64,000 bases of DNA from Paraspadella gotoi (taxonomy: Eukaryota; Animalia; Chaetognatha). Made by a program: the position numbers and the translations under genes. The notes beneath the pieces are model-generated. The model was not told the DNA's origin, did no database searches, and saw only the letters and a list, made by a program, of their open reading frames with translations. Location of the stretch: NCBI GenBank assembly GCA_051294375.1, contig CM119266.1, positions 10,004,607 to 10,068,606 of the forward strand, in the 5' to 3' direction. Positions 39,213 to 53,380 of the stretch are shown piece by piece; positions within the stretch are counted from its first letter, which is position 1; each line of letters starts with the position of its first letter.

Positions 39213-39358
39213 GCCGCCGCCGCCCCCGCCGCCGCCCCCGCCGCCGCTGGGGCCGACGCCGACGCCGCCAACCGACCCCTCCGCCCACAAAACCCGCCTT
39301 CTTGCGCCACCTTTACCGTCTGCCGCCGCCGATGCCGCCGCCGCCGCCGCCGCCGCCA
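39213..39358. repeat. GC-rich (GCC)n trinucleotide tracts
   Basis: gccgccgccgcccccgccgccgcc... and gccgccgccgatgccgccgccgccgccgccgcc. Gives poly-A/P/R/G ORFs in five frames. Confidence 0.9.
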
Positions 39359-40902
39359 AAGACAAAAACGTAATTCTCTTTGGAGGAGCGATCTTCTTTG
39401 CCAAACCCGACGCAGAGATTCCACCGATTAGAGAGTCTGAACGAATTTCGGCCCAAAAAAAGTCTGCTTCTCCTACCTTACCTTTTCCCAACTTCTTCCT
39501 TACCTTTTCCTCACCCTTCCAACCCCTTCCTCGCCTTTGAAACCTCGAGAAGAGCCGCGGGGTAATTTGGTACTAGGTAATTAAATATTACGAATCTTAT
39601 TTAAAAATCATATTAATTACTAAGAAATTCATTTTAGTCTGAATCTTATTTTTTTTCCCTTTTTTTTTCGCCATTCGAAAACGAAAACGAGGTTGTTGTC
39701 CCGTGATTAATTGTTGACGTTTTCGACTCGCAATTTGTCGACAAGATTCTCAAACGCAGAGCATCATCTTCACGTCTCACACCGGTTCACTTCGCTACGG
39801 ACAAGACTCACTTTACCTACAGATCTTCTTACCACTTCCAGATTCCACCGTTCCACCCGCCTTTCACCACCACCACNNNNNNNNNNNNNNNNNNNNNNNN
39901 NNNNNNNNNNNNNNNNNNNNNNNNNNNNNNNNNNNNNNNNNNNNNNNNNNNNNNNNNNNNNNNNNNNNNNNNNNNNNNNNNNNNNNNNNNNNNNNNNNNN
40001 NNNNNNNNNNNNNNNNNNNNNNNNNNNNNNNNNNNNNNNNNNNNNNNNNNNNNNNNNNNNNNNNNNNNNNNNNNNNNNNNNNNNNNNNNNCTCCCCCATT
40101 TGATTATAACAACTTTTGCCGGGAAAAATCGGTACAAACTAATTCCGAGCTTTCAAAAAAATAAAAAAAAATACTAAACGACTAATTGAGAAAAGTGGCG
40201 TTTTTCTTGATAAATTAAAAAATTTCGGTTATCGTTGTTAATTATTGATTTCGTTTTTTCCGTTCAGGCTTTCGAGTAACTAATTTCAAAAGATTGTGAC
40301 CTACTTAAGTAAAGTAACTACCCGTAATAAAAATTATAGCTAGTTTTTAGTTAGTAAATAGTTACCGGAATTTTTGTTTTCTCCTAAGGTCGCCCCGGTT
40401 TTTTTTCTTTTTCAATTTTCGTTTTCNNNNNNNNNNNNNNNNNNNNNNNNNNNNNNNNNNNNNNNNNNNNNNNNNNNNNNNNNNNNNNNNNNNNNNNNNN
40501 NNNNNNNNNNNNNNNNNNNNNNNNNNNNNNNNNNNNNNNNNNNNNNNNNNNNNNNNNNNNNNNNNNNNNNNNNNNNNNNNNNNNNNNNNNNNNNNNNNNN
40601 NNNNNNNNNNNNNNNNNNNNNNNNNNNNNNNNNNNNNNNNNNNNNNNNNNNNNNNNNNNNNNTTGCGCAGGGATAGAAAAAAAAATTTGAAATTTATGAA
40701 TCGTTTTAGACGTCAAACTTATCGTTTGTTGTCAAATTTTAGGCAATTTTTCTTCCGATTGTTTTTTAGTTTTACGTTAATGTGAGTCGGAATGTCCTTT
40801 CTATTTTTTGTATCTTTTTATATGAAATTCCGCATAATTTTTTCCCCTTTTTTTATCTTTATTTATTTTATTTTTTAGGTTCGATTTCGCGTTATTTTTT
40901 TT

Positions 40903-40903
40903 C

Positions 40904-40982
<79 letters not shown>

Positions 40983-41003
40983 CTCTTTCTTTCTTTCTTT
41001 CTC
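40903..41003. repeat. (TTTC)n microsatellite
   Basis: Read directly. Confidence 0.95.
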
Positions 41004-42261
41004 TCATTCTTTATTTCTCTCTTTCTTTTATTCTTTCAATTTTGAATTCTGTTCTTCTTTTCCTTTTTTCCTAGGATTTTTTGTCATTCTTTTTTTTCTC
41101 GTCACTTTTACATTTCTTTCTTCCTTCCTTCCTTTCGTTCTTTCTTTCTTAATTCAAGACCTTCTCTTCATTATGGCCTTTTTTTCTTTTTCTTTCCTTC
41201 TTTTTTTTTCCTTTTGTAATCATCGTCCCCCATTTTCTTTCGTTTTCCTCGTCGTCGTCGTCGTTTTTGTCTTCTTCGTCGTTTTCGTCTTCTTCGTCGT
41301 CTTCCTTCCTCAGCTACACTACATATAACCACCCTCGTCCACTACACCTTTTCACAATTCACATTTACGACTCTCGACATCTTTGCTATATAATTTCACT
41401 CAATGTACATTTACATTCACAATTTACGCCCAAGATCATTATCTTCCGCGAGACTTACCCGCCCCCAACTTCTGTCTTCCCCGCCCCTTACCTTTTTTTA
41501 TTCTTTACCGGCGAATTCATTAATCCGAAAAGTCGTTACGGGTTTTTTTTCCCCTCCTGCTTCCGACCCTTTTCTTTCTTTCTTTCTTATTTCGGCTCTG
41601 CGGCGGCTGGCGGCTGGCGGTGGGCGGCGGACTGCGGTTCCCTTGTCAAATCTGCCAAATAAGAAAAAAAAAGGACTTTTTTTGATGTGGGTGTGAGTTT
41701 GGAAAATGGTGAGAGCGAGAGAGCGAGAGATTGAGAAAGGGAAAAANNNNNNNNNNNNNNNNNNNNNNNNNNNNNNNNNNNNNNNNNNNNNNNNNNNNNN
41801 NNNNNNNNNNNNNNNNNNNNNNNNNNNNNNNNNNNNNNNNNNNNNNNNNNNNNNNNNNNNNNNNNNNNNNNNNNNNNNNNNNNNNNNNNNNNNNNNNNNN
41901 NNNNNNNNNNNNNNNNNNNNNNNNNNNNNNNNNNNNNNNNNNNNNNNNNNNNNNNNNNNNNNNNNNNNNNNNNNNNCTTTCTTTCTTTCTTTCTTTCTTT
42001 CTTTCTATCTTTCCTTCTAGCTCTTTTTAAAATTATTTTTCTTTATCCGCTCTCTTTCTTTGTTTCGCAAGTAATAATCTCAGTCGTGGGAGATAAATTG
42101 GGAACCGAATGAGAGTAGAAATAAAGAAAGGAGAGAATGAATGGAAGAGAAAATGAATGAAAGAAAGATAAAAAAAGAAAAAAAGAGGAAAAGAAAGAAA
42201 GAAAGAAAGATAAAAAGATAGAAAAAAGAAAGAAAGATAAAAAGAAAGTAAGGATGAAAAA

Positions 42262-42313
<52 letters not shown>

Positions 42314-42341
42314 AATAGAAAAAAAAGAAAGAAAGAAAGAG

Positions 42342-42408
<67 letters not shown>

Positions 42409-42428
42409 ACGAAAGAAAGAAAGAAAGA
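42262..42428. repeat. (AAAG)n microsatellite
   Basis: Read directly. Confidence 0.95.
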
Positions 42429-44184
42429 GACAATGAACGAAAGAGAAGCTAAGAAACAGAAAGTCTCTGCGTCGAAACCAAATTTAAAAAATCGAGACAA
42501 AAAGGCGAAACGGAGCGAATCTAAGTTAACACGCCGCGAAGTTGAGTCGGAATGCGGCGAAAAATAGGGCGAAAAACAGTGAGGGTGATTCTGGGACTTA
42601 TTTTCGTCGCGATGCGACGATAACGAGGCCTTCAGGACGAAGAAGACAAAAACTGCGAAATGAAAGGACGACTAAACGACGACGACGACAATGACGACGA
42701 CGACGACGATGAAAACATAGATGGCGAAAACGAAAAAAAAAGGACAATCAGTACAACGAGGGCGACAGGCAATGGGATTGGCCCGGAGCAACGGCCGCAG
42801 CGCCAAAAAACATTTACAGCGACANNNNNNNNNNNNNNNNNNNNNNNNNNNNNNNNNNNNNNNNNNNNNNNNNNNNNNNNNNNNNNNNNNNNNNNNNNNN
42901 NNNNNNNNNNNNNNNNNNNNNNNNNNNNNNNNNNNNNNNNNNNNNNNNNNNNNNNNNNNNNNNNNNNNNNNNNNNNNNNNNNNNNNNNNNNNNGAGAGAG
43001 AGAGAGAGAGAAAGGCGGCTAATTAAGAGTAACGAGCGACGGTTCCGAGGCCAGGGCAAAAATTGTTTTCTTGTTTTCATGGCGCTATTATCACTTAGCA
43101 AATTGAATTTTATCGCGAGGCGAAGCTCTTTTCTCTAGAGAGGGCTGAGGTGGGCGGACCCAGGGGTTGGGGTGGTGAGGGAGAGGGTGGGGGTGTGTGG
43201 GTACGACCCGTTGGGGTCGTCATTGATCCTCCATCTTCCTGCCACTTCGGATTTCGTCTCATGTCTCTGTCTCTCTGACCAGAAAGTGTCCCGCTTCTAT
43301 TTCGGACTGTGAAACTCTCTCGCATTCTCGCAAGGACCTTCGAAGAAAGCTTTCGCGAAATCCTGTCGCAAAACCCCGTCACGTCGCCACGACTTCGAAA
43401 GAGAGCGACCACAATAAGAGAATCTCTTTTCCTATAGTATACGAGGTCGATGACCGTAGAAAAAATTCTTTCCCACGCATTTCCGGCCTTATTAAATATC
43501 CTATTTCTTTTTTTTTCTTTCTCTTTATTTTTTATACTTTCTCTTTTCTCTTTCTTGTTTCTCTTTCTTTTTTCTACTCTCTCTTTTCACTTTCTTCTTT
43601 CTCATTATTTTTCTTCTTTCGCTTTTCATTTTTTTATTTCTCTTTATTTTTCATTTTTCTAATGTCTCTCTCTTGTTTCTCTTTCTTTTTTCTACTTTCT
43701 CTTTTCTCTTTCTTCTTTCTCATTATCATTTTCTTATTTCTCTTTATTTTTTCTTTTTCTAATTTTTTTTTCTTGTTTCTCTTTATTTTTTACACTTTCT
43801 CTTTTCTTTTTCTTCTTTCTATTTATTTTTTCTTCTCTCTTTTCTTTCTTCTTTCTCTTNNNNNNNNNNNNNNNNNNNNNNNNNNNNNNNNNNNNNNNNN
43901 NNNNNNNNNNNNNNNNNNNNNNNNNNNNNNNNNNNNNNNNNNNNNNNNNNNNNNNNNNNNNNNNNNNNNNNNNNNNNNNNNNNNNNNNNNNNNNNNNNNN
44001 NNNNNNNNNNNNNNNNNNNNNNNNNNNNNNNNNNNNNNNNNNNNNNNNNNNNNNNNNNNNNNNNNNNNNNCTCCAAGTTTTTCGAGTGGAGATTATTTTT
44101 ATTTGCGATGCACTAGAGGGAGAGAGAGGGAGAGGGAGAGGAGAGGGAGGAAGGGAGGANNNNNNNNNNNNNNNNNNNNNNNNN

Positions 44185-46692
44185 GCGTGGATAGCTATGA
44201 GCAGAGAGAGATGAGAAGTGAGACAGAGAGAGACGGAGCAGCAGCACTGCACTGAGAGAGATGAAGATGATGAAAGAGAGAGCGCAGAGCAGCCAAGACG
44301 ATATACTAGGACCCGCGACATGAGAATGAGAGAGCTGAGAGAGAGTTAAAGAGGGACAGTGAAGCCAAGAAGTGGCATTTTTGCTTCTGCAGCCTTCGAC
44401 GCTCGCGCCTGCCCAAATTCCGACGGCAGGGATGGAGCGAAGTCTCGTCGCCGAGCGTAAGTCAAAGAGGCCGCTCGCGGTGAGGTTCGCCGTGGATGGC
44501 GATGAAGATCAGCGGCTGGTACTGGTGGCTTTTACCTTTTGTATCTTTCGAGCCGAGTAGTGGGCCTCAGGGACATGCGAAAAGACAAGATGCCGCAGAT
44601 CAACTGACAAACCTACTTCATTGGCAAAATGAATGCTTTTTTTCGTTGGCAGCTCGCTTCGTCCATCTCGCCCCGCGAGAGAGGAGGCCGGGAATGCCTG
44701 CATCGCCGCCCCCCTCGCGCCGCCGCCCCCCGCCGCCCGACTGCGGGCCGGACGCCGACGCCCGCCACCAACCGACCCCTCCGCCCACAAAACCCGCCCT
44801 TCTTGCGCCACCTTTTACCGCCTCTGCCGCCGCTCGACTGCCAAACGCCGCCGCCGCCGCCGCCTCGCCAAAGACAAAACCGTAATTCTCTTTGGCCAGG
44901 AGCCCGATTCTTCCTTGCCAAACCCGACGCCAGAGATCTCCACCGCAATTAGCACAGCTCTTGCAAGAATTTCGCGCTACCCAAAAAGCTCTACCTGCTT
45001 TCACCTACCTTACCTTATCCAACTTTCTTCCTACCTTTTCCATCACCCCTCCAACCCCTTCCTCGCCTTTAGCCCCTTAAACCTGAGAAGCAGCCGCCCA
45101 GGCCGCACCTCAGACAGCACATCGGCCATACCCCTCACTGGGCACGGTGGACACCAATACCTGACATAGCATGACCGACCTCCAACAGACACCCCACTAG
45201 TACGCCTCACTCGCAACGTGTCGTCCTATAAATTAAGTACGCCTAGCTACACTACTCATTGCACCTTCACGGTTAGCGTTAGGACCTTAACTTTACCTGG
45301 ATAGAACCGGTAATTACGAAATTATTACAGAATTACCTATTTTAAAAAAACAGAGAGAATAATTATAATATATATATTATATATATATTATAATATATAA
45401 ATATAGAGAAAAAGCACATCCATACACACCCCCATAAAAACGCCATTAAAAAATATCATTATTACTAATACTAAGCAAATTCCATTTTAGTCCTGAATCT
45501 TATTTTATTCCCTTTTTTTTTCGCCATTCGCAAAACGAAAACGAGTTTGTTGTCCGTGCATTAATGTGACGTTTATCGGCACTACGCAATTTTTGCTCAC
45601 AAGCATTCTCAAAACGCAGACCAGCATTCATCTTTCACGTCCTCACACCGCGTTCACTTTTTTTTCTCCCTTGACGCTACGCCGACTAAGACTCACTTTT
45701 ACTCTACAGATCTTCTTACCACTTCCAGATTTCCACCGTTCCACCCGCCTTTCACCACCACCCACCGGCCTCAGCACAGTTCCACCCCGCCCACCCGGGC
45801 CTAACGTTTCTCCCCCCCCTAACCGCCCCCCCCCCCCTCGTTCCACGTTCTGTCGCACGACGGAGCCAAACGAAATCCCAACGAAATCCGCCCCGCAAAT
45901 TAAATACTCCACTCAACGCAAATTAATGAAGCAAAAAATTTCGATGAAGCAAATTATTTCCATTATTTTTATTCCTTATTTTCTAATTTTTTTTCTTATC
46001 CCCCATATGTTGATCTACATCCGGGTCAGCTCTGTGTCGACTAACTATATTCAACAATCTTTTGCCGGCGGAAGAAAAATCGCGCCGTTAACAAACTAAA
46101 TTCGCAGCTTTTTACAAAAAAATAAAAAAAAATATCTAAAACGACTAATTGAGAAAGCTGGCCCGTTTTCTATGATAATATTTAAAAAATTTCGGCCCGT
46201 TATCGTTGACTAATTATTGATCGTTTATTTTCGCGTTCAGCTTGGTCGAGTGATAACTAATTTCAAAAGATTGTGACACCCTACTGTAAGCCTAAAGCTA
46301 ACTACCCGCTAATAAAATTATAGGCCCCTAGCCTTTTTAGTTATGTAAATACGTATACCGGGAATTTTTGCTATCGAGCGAAGCCCGTCGATGCGCTGAC
46401 TCTGATGCTTGTCTTATTCCCACGCCTCCTAAAGGTCGCCCCCTTAACCTGCCGGCCCGGTCACACACTGTACTTTTTTTTTCATTTTTCAATTTTCGTT
46501 TACTTTCGCCAGTACTTTTGAGTACATCTTCCCCCTTCCCTCAGCACAGATCACTTGAATCTTATCGGCATGCCGTCCTCCTCTTTATATCGCTCTTAGT
46601 TGATTTATTACTCCCTGCGACGAAACTCTTTCTTTTCTCTCTCTCTCTCTCCTCTCTCTCTCTTCTCTCTCTCTCCTCTCTCTCTCTACTCT

Positions 46693-46728
<36 letters not shown>

Positions 46729-49700
46729 TTTCCTCTCTCCTTCTCTCTCTCTCTCTCTCTCTCTAATATCGGGGTCTTTTTGTGTGCCAGGGATAGAAAA
46801 AAAAATTTGAATTTATAGAATCGTTTAGACGTCAAACTTATCGTTTGGCCTTGTCAAATTTTAGGCAATTTTATCTTCGATTAGCCTTTTAGTTTTACGC
46901 TTAATGTAGTCTGCGAATGTCCTATTCTTATTTTGTATCCTTTTTATATGAAATTCCGCATAATTTTTTCTTCCCCTCGTTTTTTTATCTATATTATTTA
47001 TTTTTTTTAGTGTTTCGCCCATTTCGGCGTCTATTTTTTTTCTCTTTCTTTCTTTTTACTTTCTTTCTTCTTTATCCTTTCTCTTTCTTCTTATCTTCTC
47101 TTTCTTTACTTCTTCTCTTCTTTCTTTCTTTCTTCTTTTCTTTACTCTCCCTTTCTTTCTTTCTTCCTTCATTCTGTATTTTTTTTTTTTTTTTTTTTTT
47201 ATTTTCTCTCTTTTTTTTATTCTTTTATTCTTTCAATTTTGCAATTTGTTCTTCTTTTCCTTTTTCCTAGCGATTTTTTTGTTATCATTCTTTTTTTTCT
47301 CGTCACTTTTACATTTCTTCTTCCTTCCTTCCTTGCCGGCTGTTGCTTTCTTCTTAATTCCAATGACCAGCATAATTGTCTCTTCTATATGCCTTTTTTT
47401 CTTTTTCTTTCCTATCTTTTTCTTTCGCCTTTTGCTAATCATTCGTCCCCCATTTGTCTTTCGTTTCCTCTGTCGTTCCGTCGTCGCTTTTTGCTTCTTC
47501 GTCGTTTCTCGTCTTTATTCTTTTTTTTTTTATTTTTTTTTTTTTTTTTATTCGTTCGTCTCTCCTTCCTCAGCCCTACACTACATATAACACACCCTCG
47601 TCCAACTACACCTTTTCACAATTCACATTTTACGACTCTCAGACAAATCTATTGCTACGTATAATTCACTCAATGCCTGGGGGCACATTTACATCACTAA
47701 AGGTTTTACGCCAGCAAGATCGATTATCGTTGCCACCCAACCCCCGAGACTTACCCGCCCCCAACTTCTGCTCTTCCCCGCCCCTTACCTTTTTTTATTC
47801 TCTTAACCGGCCGCCGAATTCATTAATCGAAAAGTCGCTTACGGCCCCAACCCGTTGTTTTCTTCTCCCTCCTGCCCTTCCGCACCCCCCCCCCACTTAT
47901 TCTTTCTTTCTTTCTATTATTTCGCTCTGCCGGCCGCGCTGGCGCGCATGGCCTCCTAACTACAGGAATAGCGGCGTGCCGCCGGTATAATATGCTATCT
48001 CGCGCGTTGCCCTTGCTGCGAAATCTGACACAAATAAGCAAAAAAAAAGACGTTTTTGATGCTGGTGTGAGTATCTGTGCCTAGATACTACGATGTTAGA
48101 CCTACTACTCACTGCTGGAGCGACAGAGCAGCGCAGAGAATTGCAGAAGCGCCCGAAAAAAAATAGCAATCAAGATCTCAATTTTTTTTTTTTTTTTAAT
48201 TTTCTTTGTGTTTCGTTAGCTTTTTGCTACTTTTACATATCTTTCTGTCTTTCTTTTTTACTTTCTTCTATTCTTTCCCATTGTAACACTTTACTATCAT
48301 TTGCTTCCTCTTTTTCGCTTTCTTCTTTTAAAAATATCTTTCTTTCTTTATTTCTTTCTTTTCTTTTCTTTTTTCTATTCATCTTTTTCTCTCTTTCTCT
48401 TTTTGCCCTATTTCCACTCTGTTTGAACTATCTAGCGAATCCTACTATCGTAAGGGAAAAATTATTCTTTTTACATAAATCCGCGACCCTCCTCTCTCTC
48501 CCATTTGTGAGTCGCAAGTAATAAAAATCTCAGTTCGTGCGGATGTGAATATATTCAATTGGCGCTGCAATCTGATCCGAAAATGCAGAAGCTAGAAAAT
48601 AAGCAATAGCGATATTAGCTACTTTAATAAAATATACGAAATTAAAATCTTATACATAGCCAAGACCGAAGGGAACGTCCAACGACGATCAGGTAGTTTT
48701 CTCCAACTAGATGAATGAAAGGATGGAATTGATACTTAACTACACATGAAATTATGTTATTGAAATATTTTAAGTATTGGTAAACATTTTTTTTTTCTTC
48801 CATCTTGGTTGTGTCACTCATGCGAACCGGAAAGTGGTATATTAATTGTATGTATTATGACCCGAATAAATAAAAAAAGCAGAGATTATTAAGAAAATGG
48901 TTCTTTCAAAAAACTTATATTTAAGATGGGGCAATAAATTCAATTCTTAAATGAAGATCTGTTAAATGAACCGACAGATGTTGACTAAAATCCAATAGGG
49001 ATACAGGCCTGCTTTGAACAGGTGCGTGCGCCCAAAATGCATTAGAAATAAATGCCCCCGATCAGATCTTTCCCTTCTCCTCCCCCGGCCCTCTTTCGTT
49101 TACCTTCTATTTTCTTTCCCCTCACCCCTCCTTTCTATAAAATTAATTCCCAGTCACGACCAATTCAATCTATCAGTGTATGTGTCTCATAAGACGAACG
49201 GGGCAGAGGGTTTTAATCCCCAGCCGGACGATTAGAAGTCGTAGTCAGAATGCCCGTAATGCTGGGAGGAAGGAGAGAAAAGAAAATGCAACAAGAGCGA
49301 GTCACAAGAAGCCGGGAGGTTGCATGTGCCGGGAGTGGATCGGCTGTGAGGGTGCATGCTGCGTCCTGGAGCGGGCGGGTGGCCTGGCAGAGCCTGTTGG
49401 CTCGACGGTTCACGGATAGAACACCAGTTGAGAGAGATGGAGAGTGGTGGGGCGAGGAGGGAGAGAAAAATGGGGGGGGCAGGAGAAGCGGGGAGGAAAT
49501 ACACACGGACAGATTGATCCGCATTGGGACACCGAAATAAGCGGTTTGCAGGATGGGCTGGAATTTGGAATAAAAGATAATAAGATGAGGGGGTGAATAG
49601 TAGAGAGTGGAGAGAGGATTGAAAAAAAAAAAAGAATGTTGAAAAGAAGAAAAAGTGTTGGCCAGAGATGGAGAGGAGAGAGTTAAAAGTTTAAAAAAAG

Positions 49701-49916
49701 AGAGGAGATTACGAGAGGGGTAAGAAAGATATGAGGTGGATAAGGAGAAGAGTAGAAAAAATTAGATAGAAAGACGAAGAAAGAGGGAGAAGTGGGAGGG
49801 AGAGGGAAAAAATGGGAAGATTTAGAGAGAAAGAAGAGGAGAAAAAGAGAGCGAAGCATGAGCGTAATGTGAGGATGGTGAGTTGAAAAGAGAGAGAGAG
49901 AGCAGAAGACGAGACG

Positions 49917-49947
<31 letters not shown>

Positions 49948-52900
49948 GAGAGAGAGAGAGAGAAAGTGGGTCGCGGCCAGTTGGTCGGATTAAGGCGGTA
50001 TTTTTTAACGAGGCACAGGTAACCAATGCGATCTACGGACGGTCTTGAGGGACAGAGAGGAGAGAGAGAGAGAGAGAGGAGAGAGAGGAGAAGAGAGAGA
50101 GAGCAGAGAGAGAGAGAGGGACAGAGACGAAGAGACGAGACGAGGACGAGAAGAAGAAAGGAGAGAGATAGAGATAAAGGATTCGAAGGATAAGCGAAAG
50201 GAGAATAGAGAGAAAGAAAAGAAAGAAAAGAAAGAAAAAAAAAAAAAAAGAAAAGAAAAGGAAAAGAAAAAGAATAAGAAACAAAGAAAAAAAAGAAAAG
50301 GAAAAGAAAGAACAAGAAAAGTGAAAATGAAAAGAAAGAAAAGAAAGAAAAATCCTTATTTATCTGTTTTTGGAGTGGTTTTAGGAGAAAAAGTAGTTTA
50401 TAATTTGTTAATTTTGTTTAAATATGTCAAACCAACAAATCATATTACGTTTTTTAGTTACTTACTGTTTAGTTTCCATTTTCATTTGTACGAACCGCAA
50501 AGTTAACTTCGCTTCCAAAAACATAAAAATCTCCAACATTGTTTTTGCGTTCCAAAAAAAGTTTTGATTTTTCTGTTTTTGTGGATTTTTTCTCCTCCTT
50601 TTTCATCGTGTTGTGTTGTTGTGTTTTTATTTAGAGGCGTTTTATTCCCTCCAAAACGTTTATTAGCTTCTGAAAGAAACAAAAAGAACGCAAGAAAAAC
50701 AAAACAAAACGTCTGGTTCTTGCGTCTCACGGGTCCCGGTATCGGTGTCTTCGTCTTGTGGTTATGGTTTTCCGCAGCCATGGATGCGCTACTATTAATT
50801 ACCGATTTCTGGACTTCTGGCAGTAATTAATCGTGGGGGCGTGCCACACGCACCGACAGGACTCTTGGCTTCAAAGTAGAAGCACTTTTCGTTGCATTGG
50901 AAAAGGAAAAAGAAAAAACAGAAGAAAAAATCATTGAGAGAATAAAATGAATTTTCCTTTGGTGGGCTGGAAGGTTCTCTTTTTTTCTATCCCTTCCCTC
51001 GCGTTCGCGGGAGGGCTAAAAACCTAAAAGCCACTATGATTCTATCCATTGCCCAACATTATATCCACACGCCGCGGTATTCTAATACCATTAATGTAGC
51101 CAAAGACCACAAACATGTTTCAATCAACTGTAGAGCCACAATATCATATATCTACTTCTCTTTCTCTCATGAATTGAAAGAAAGCATTAAATTAAACAAT
51201 CATCCAATCAATCATCCTTCCTTTCTTTTCTACCTCCCTCATAACGCCTCCCCTCTCATTTCTCCCGCCCTCTCTCCATAATAAATATCTCCTCTACTCT
51301 ATGCCCCTCATCTCTACTCATCCCTCTCCTCCCTACTTCTCCCCTCTCTCTCTACTCTCTCTCTATCACTTCCTCCACCTACTACATTCGCCCCTTCTCC
51401 TCTCTCTCCCCTCTTTTCCAGTCGCCTACTCCCTCCTCCCCTCCATAAGAATTTTCTCTCTCTCCTTACACCTCCTTCCTCTTTGCAACATGATCTTCAT
51501 CAGGCACAAGCATAAAAAGATAGGAAAAAAAGCAAAAGCAAAGATAAAAAGAACGAAGATAAGCGGGCATGAAAAAAAGCGAAAAAGAACAGAAAGCAAA
51601 GAAAGAAAGAGAAAAAAAAAGAAAGAAAGAAAGGCAAAAGAAAGAAAAGGAAACGAGCAAAAGCCAAAAAAAAGAAAGAACTAGAAAAAAAAAAAGAGAA
51701 AAAAAGAATAAGAAAGAAAGAGATACAGAAAGAAAGAAATGAAAGAAAGAAAGCAAAGAGCAAAGAAGCAAAGAAAGAAAAAGAAAGAGCAAAGAAAATG
51801 CCAAAAGAGAAAAAAGAAAGAACGAAAAGAAAGAAAAAAGAAAAGAGACAATGCCAACGCACAAGCAGAAGCCTACAGCAAACAGAAAGTCTCTGCGTCG
51901 AAACAAATTTAAAAATCGAGACAAAAAAGGCCCCGCAAACGGAGCCGAATACTAACGGCTGTAAACACGCCCGCCCGCCAAGTATGGCCCTAAATTTTTG
52001 GAATAGTTGAGCGGAATATATGATGCGATGAACGCCTATCCCAACCCGGAGATTCTAGGCTCCGGAGAACCCAAGGTGAGTTATGAGGTGATGGCCCGAG
52101 GCCTGTGTGCAAAGGGGGTGGGATTCATAGAGGGATCTGCTCTTCTTCTTCCGATATTGTTTTTGCGTCGCCGATAGCGACAAAAGATGAGTACAAGAAA
52201 GCACGGGAAACGAACTCTTCTAATGAAGAGAACGGAATGAGGAAAGAAAAGAGAAGAACAAAAGAAAGAAAAGACTGGCGCAAGAATGAGGAAAGGGGGA
52301 GAGAGAAGAGAAGAAGAGAACGAGAAAGACTGAAAACGGAACAGAACGTCAACGACAATGAAGAGACGACGAGAAAGCGACTGAAGAGAAGAAGAGAGAC
52401 GCATGCTAAAACGAGAAAAGGAAAGATAGAATTAATGTTATTGGCTAGGCATGACGCCGTCCCGAGAGCAAAACGAAAAAAAGGTAGAAGAGTCGGCAGG
52501 ACAAAATCAAGAAATGTTGAGAATAAATTATGCCAAACAGGAGGTGCCGTACTCGAGGCCCCAATTGGGATCAATCCCTGGCCCGGGAGATGCGCTCAAA
52601 TTCAACGCCAAACGCGCGCAAGTGGCCAAACCAGACTCTCGTAACCAAAAAAACAAAGGTTGCGAATACAGACGACAGAGTGAGAGAGAGGAGAGAAAGA
52701 ATAGCAATAATGAGACGAGAGAGCAGAGAACTGAGGAGAGAGATGAGAAGAAGCACGAGCCGGGCAGAACGACCGAGCAGGAAGATGAGAGAGAGGCAGA
52801 GAGTAGCAGAAAGGCCGGCTAATAGTAAGAAGAGTATACGAGCCCGACGGCCTTCCGGAGGCCCAGGCGCAAAAATTCTTTTCTTGTCCCCCCTGTTTCA

Positions 52901-53380
52901 TGCGGGCGCTATTTCACTTAGCAAAATTGAATTTATATCGCCGAGGCGCGCAATCTCTTTTCTCTAGAGGAGGCGCGATGCAGCGCTGGGCGGACACCAG
53001 GGTTGGAGCGTGGTGAGGAGGATGAGAGGTGCGTGGTGTGTGCGGCTACGACCCTGTTCGGGAGAGCGTCGTCACTGATTCCTGCCATCTCCCTGCCGCT
53101 TCGGATTTGCGTCTCATGTTCTGTTCTTGCTGACCAGAAAGGTGTCACCGCCTTCTATTTCGCCGAGCTGGCTGAAACTTCTTCGCCCATTTCTCGCCCG
53201 CAAGCGACGAGAAACCTAATTCGAAGAAAGCTATTGTCTCAGTGCCTACAGTTCCTATTCGGCCTTCAATCAACTTTTGATGGCCAAGCGCTCGATCACA
53301 AATCACTAAACCGGCTTATGCAAGCAACCATAACTTGCCCAGCAATACTCAAGAATCCTGTTCCAACGCAAAACCCCCGG
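44185..53380 (+). other. Error-rich duplicate of ~38715-43400 carrying an extra ~2.9-kb segment (probable long-read artefact)
   Basis: Follows the 25-N gap at 44160-44184. Shared anchors: ccaaccgacccctccgcccacaaaacccgcc (39268/44768), agacgtcaaacttatcgtttg (40708/46827), aaacagaaagtctctgcgtcgaaac (42454/51880), cttagcaaa-ttgaattt (43094/52917). Confidence 0.9.

Noticed and set aside
37686-39565. Poly-Ser, Ala, Pro and Gly ORFs resembling transcription-factor low-complexity regions
   Set aside because: They derive from (TCG)n and (GCC)n tracts open in several frames on both strands, span gaps, and contain no homeobox, zinc finger or other domain. A real exon cannot be fully excluded.
43110-43412. 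100-aa minus ORF as a coding exon
   Set aside because: No recognisable domain or convincing splice context, and the length is within chance for this GC content.
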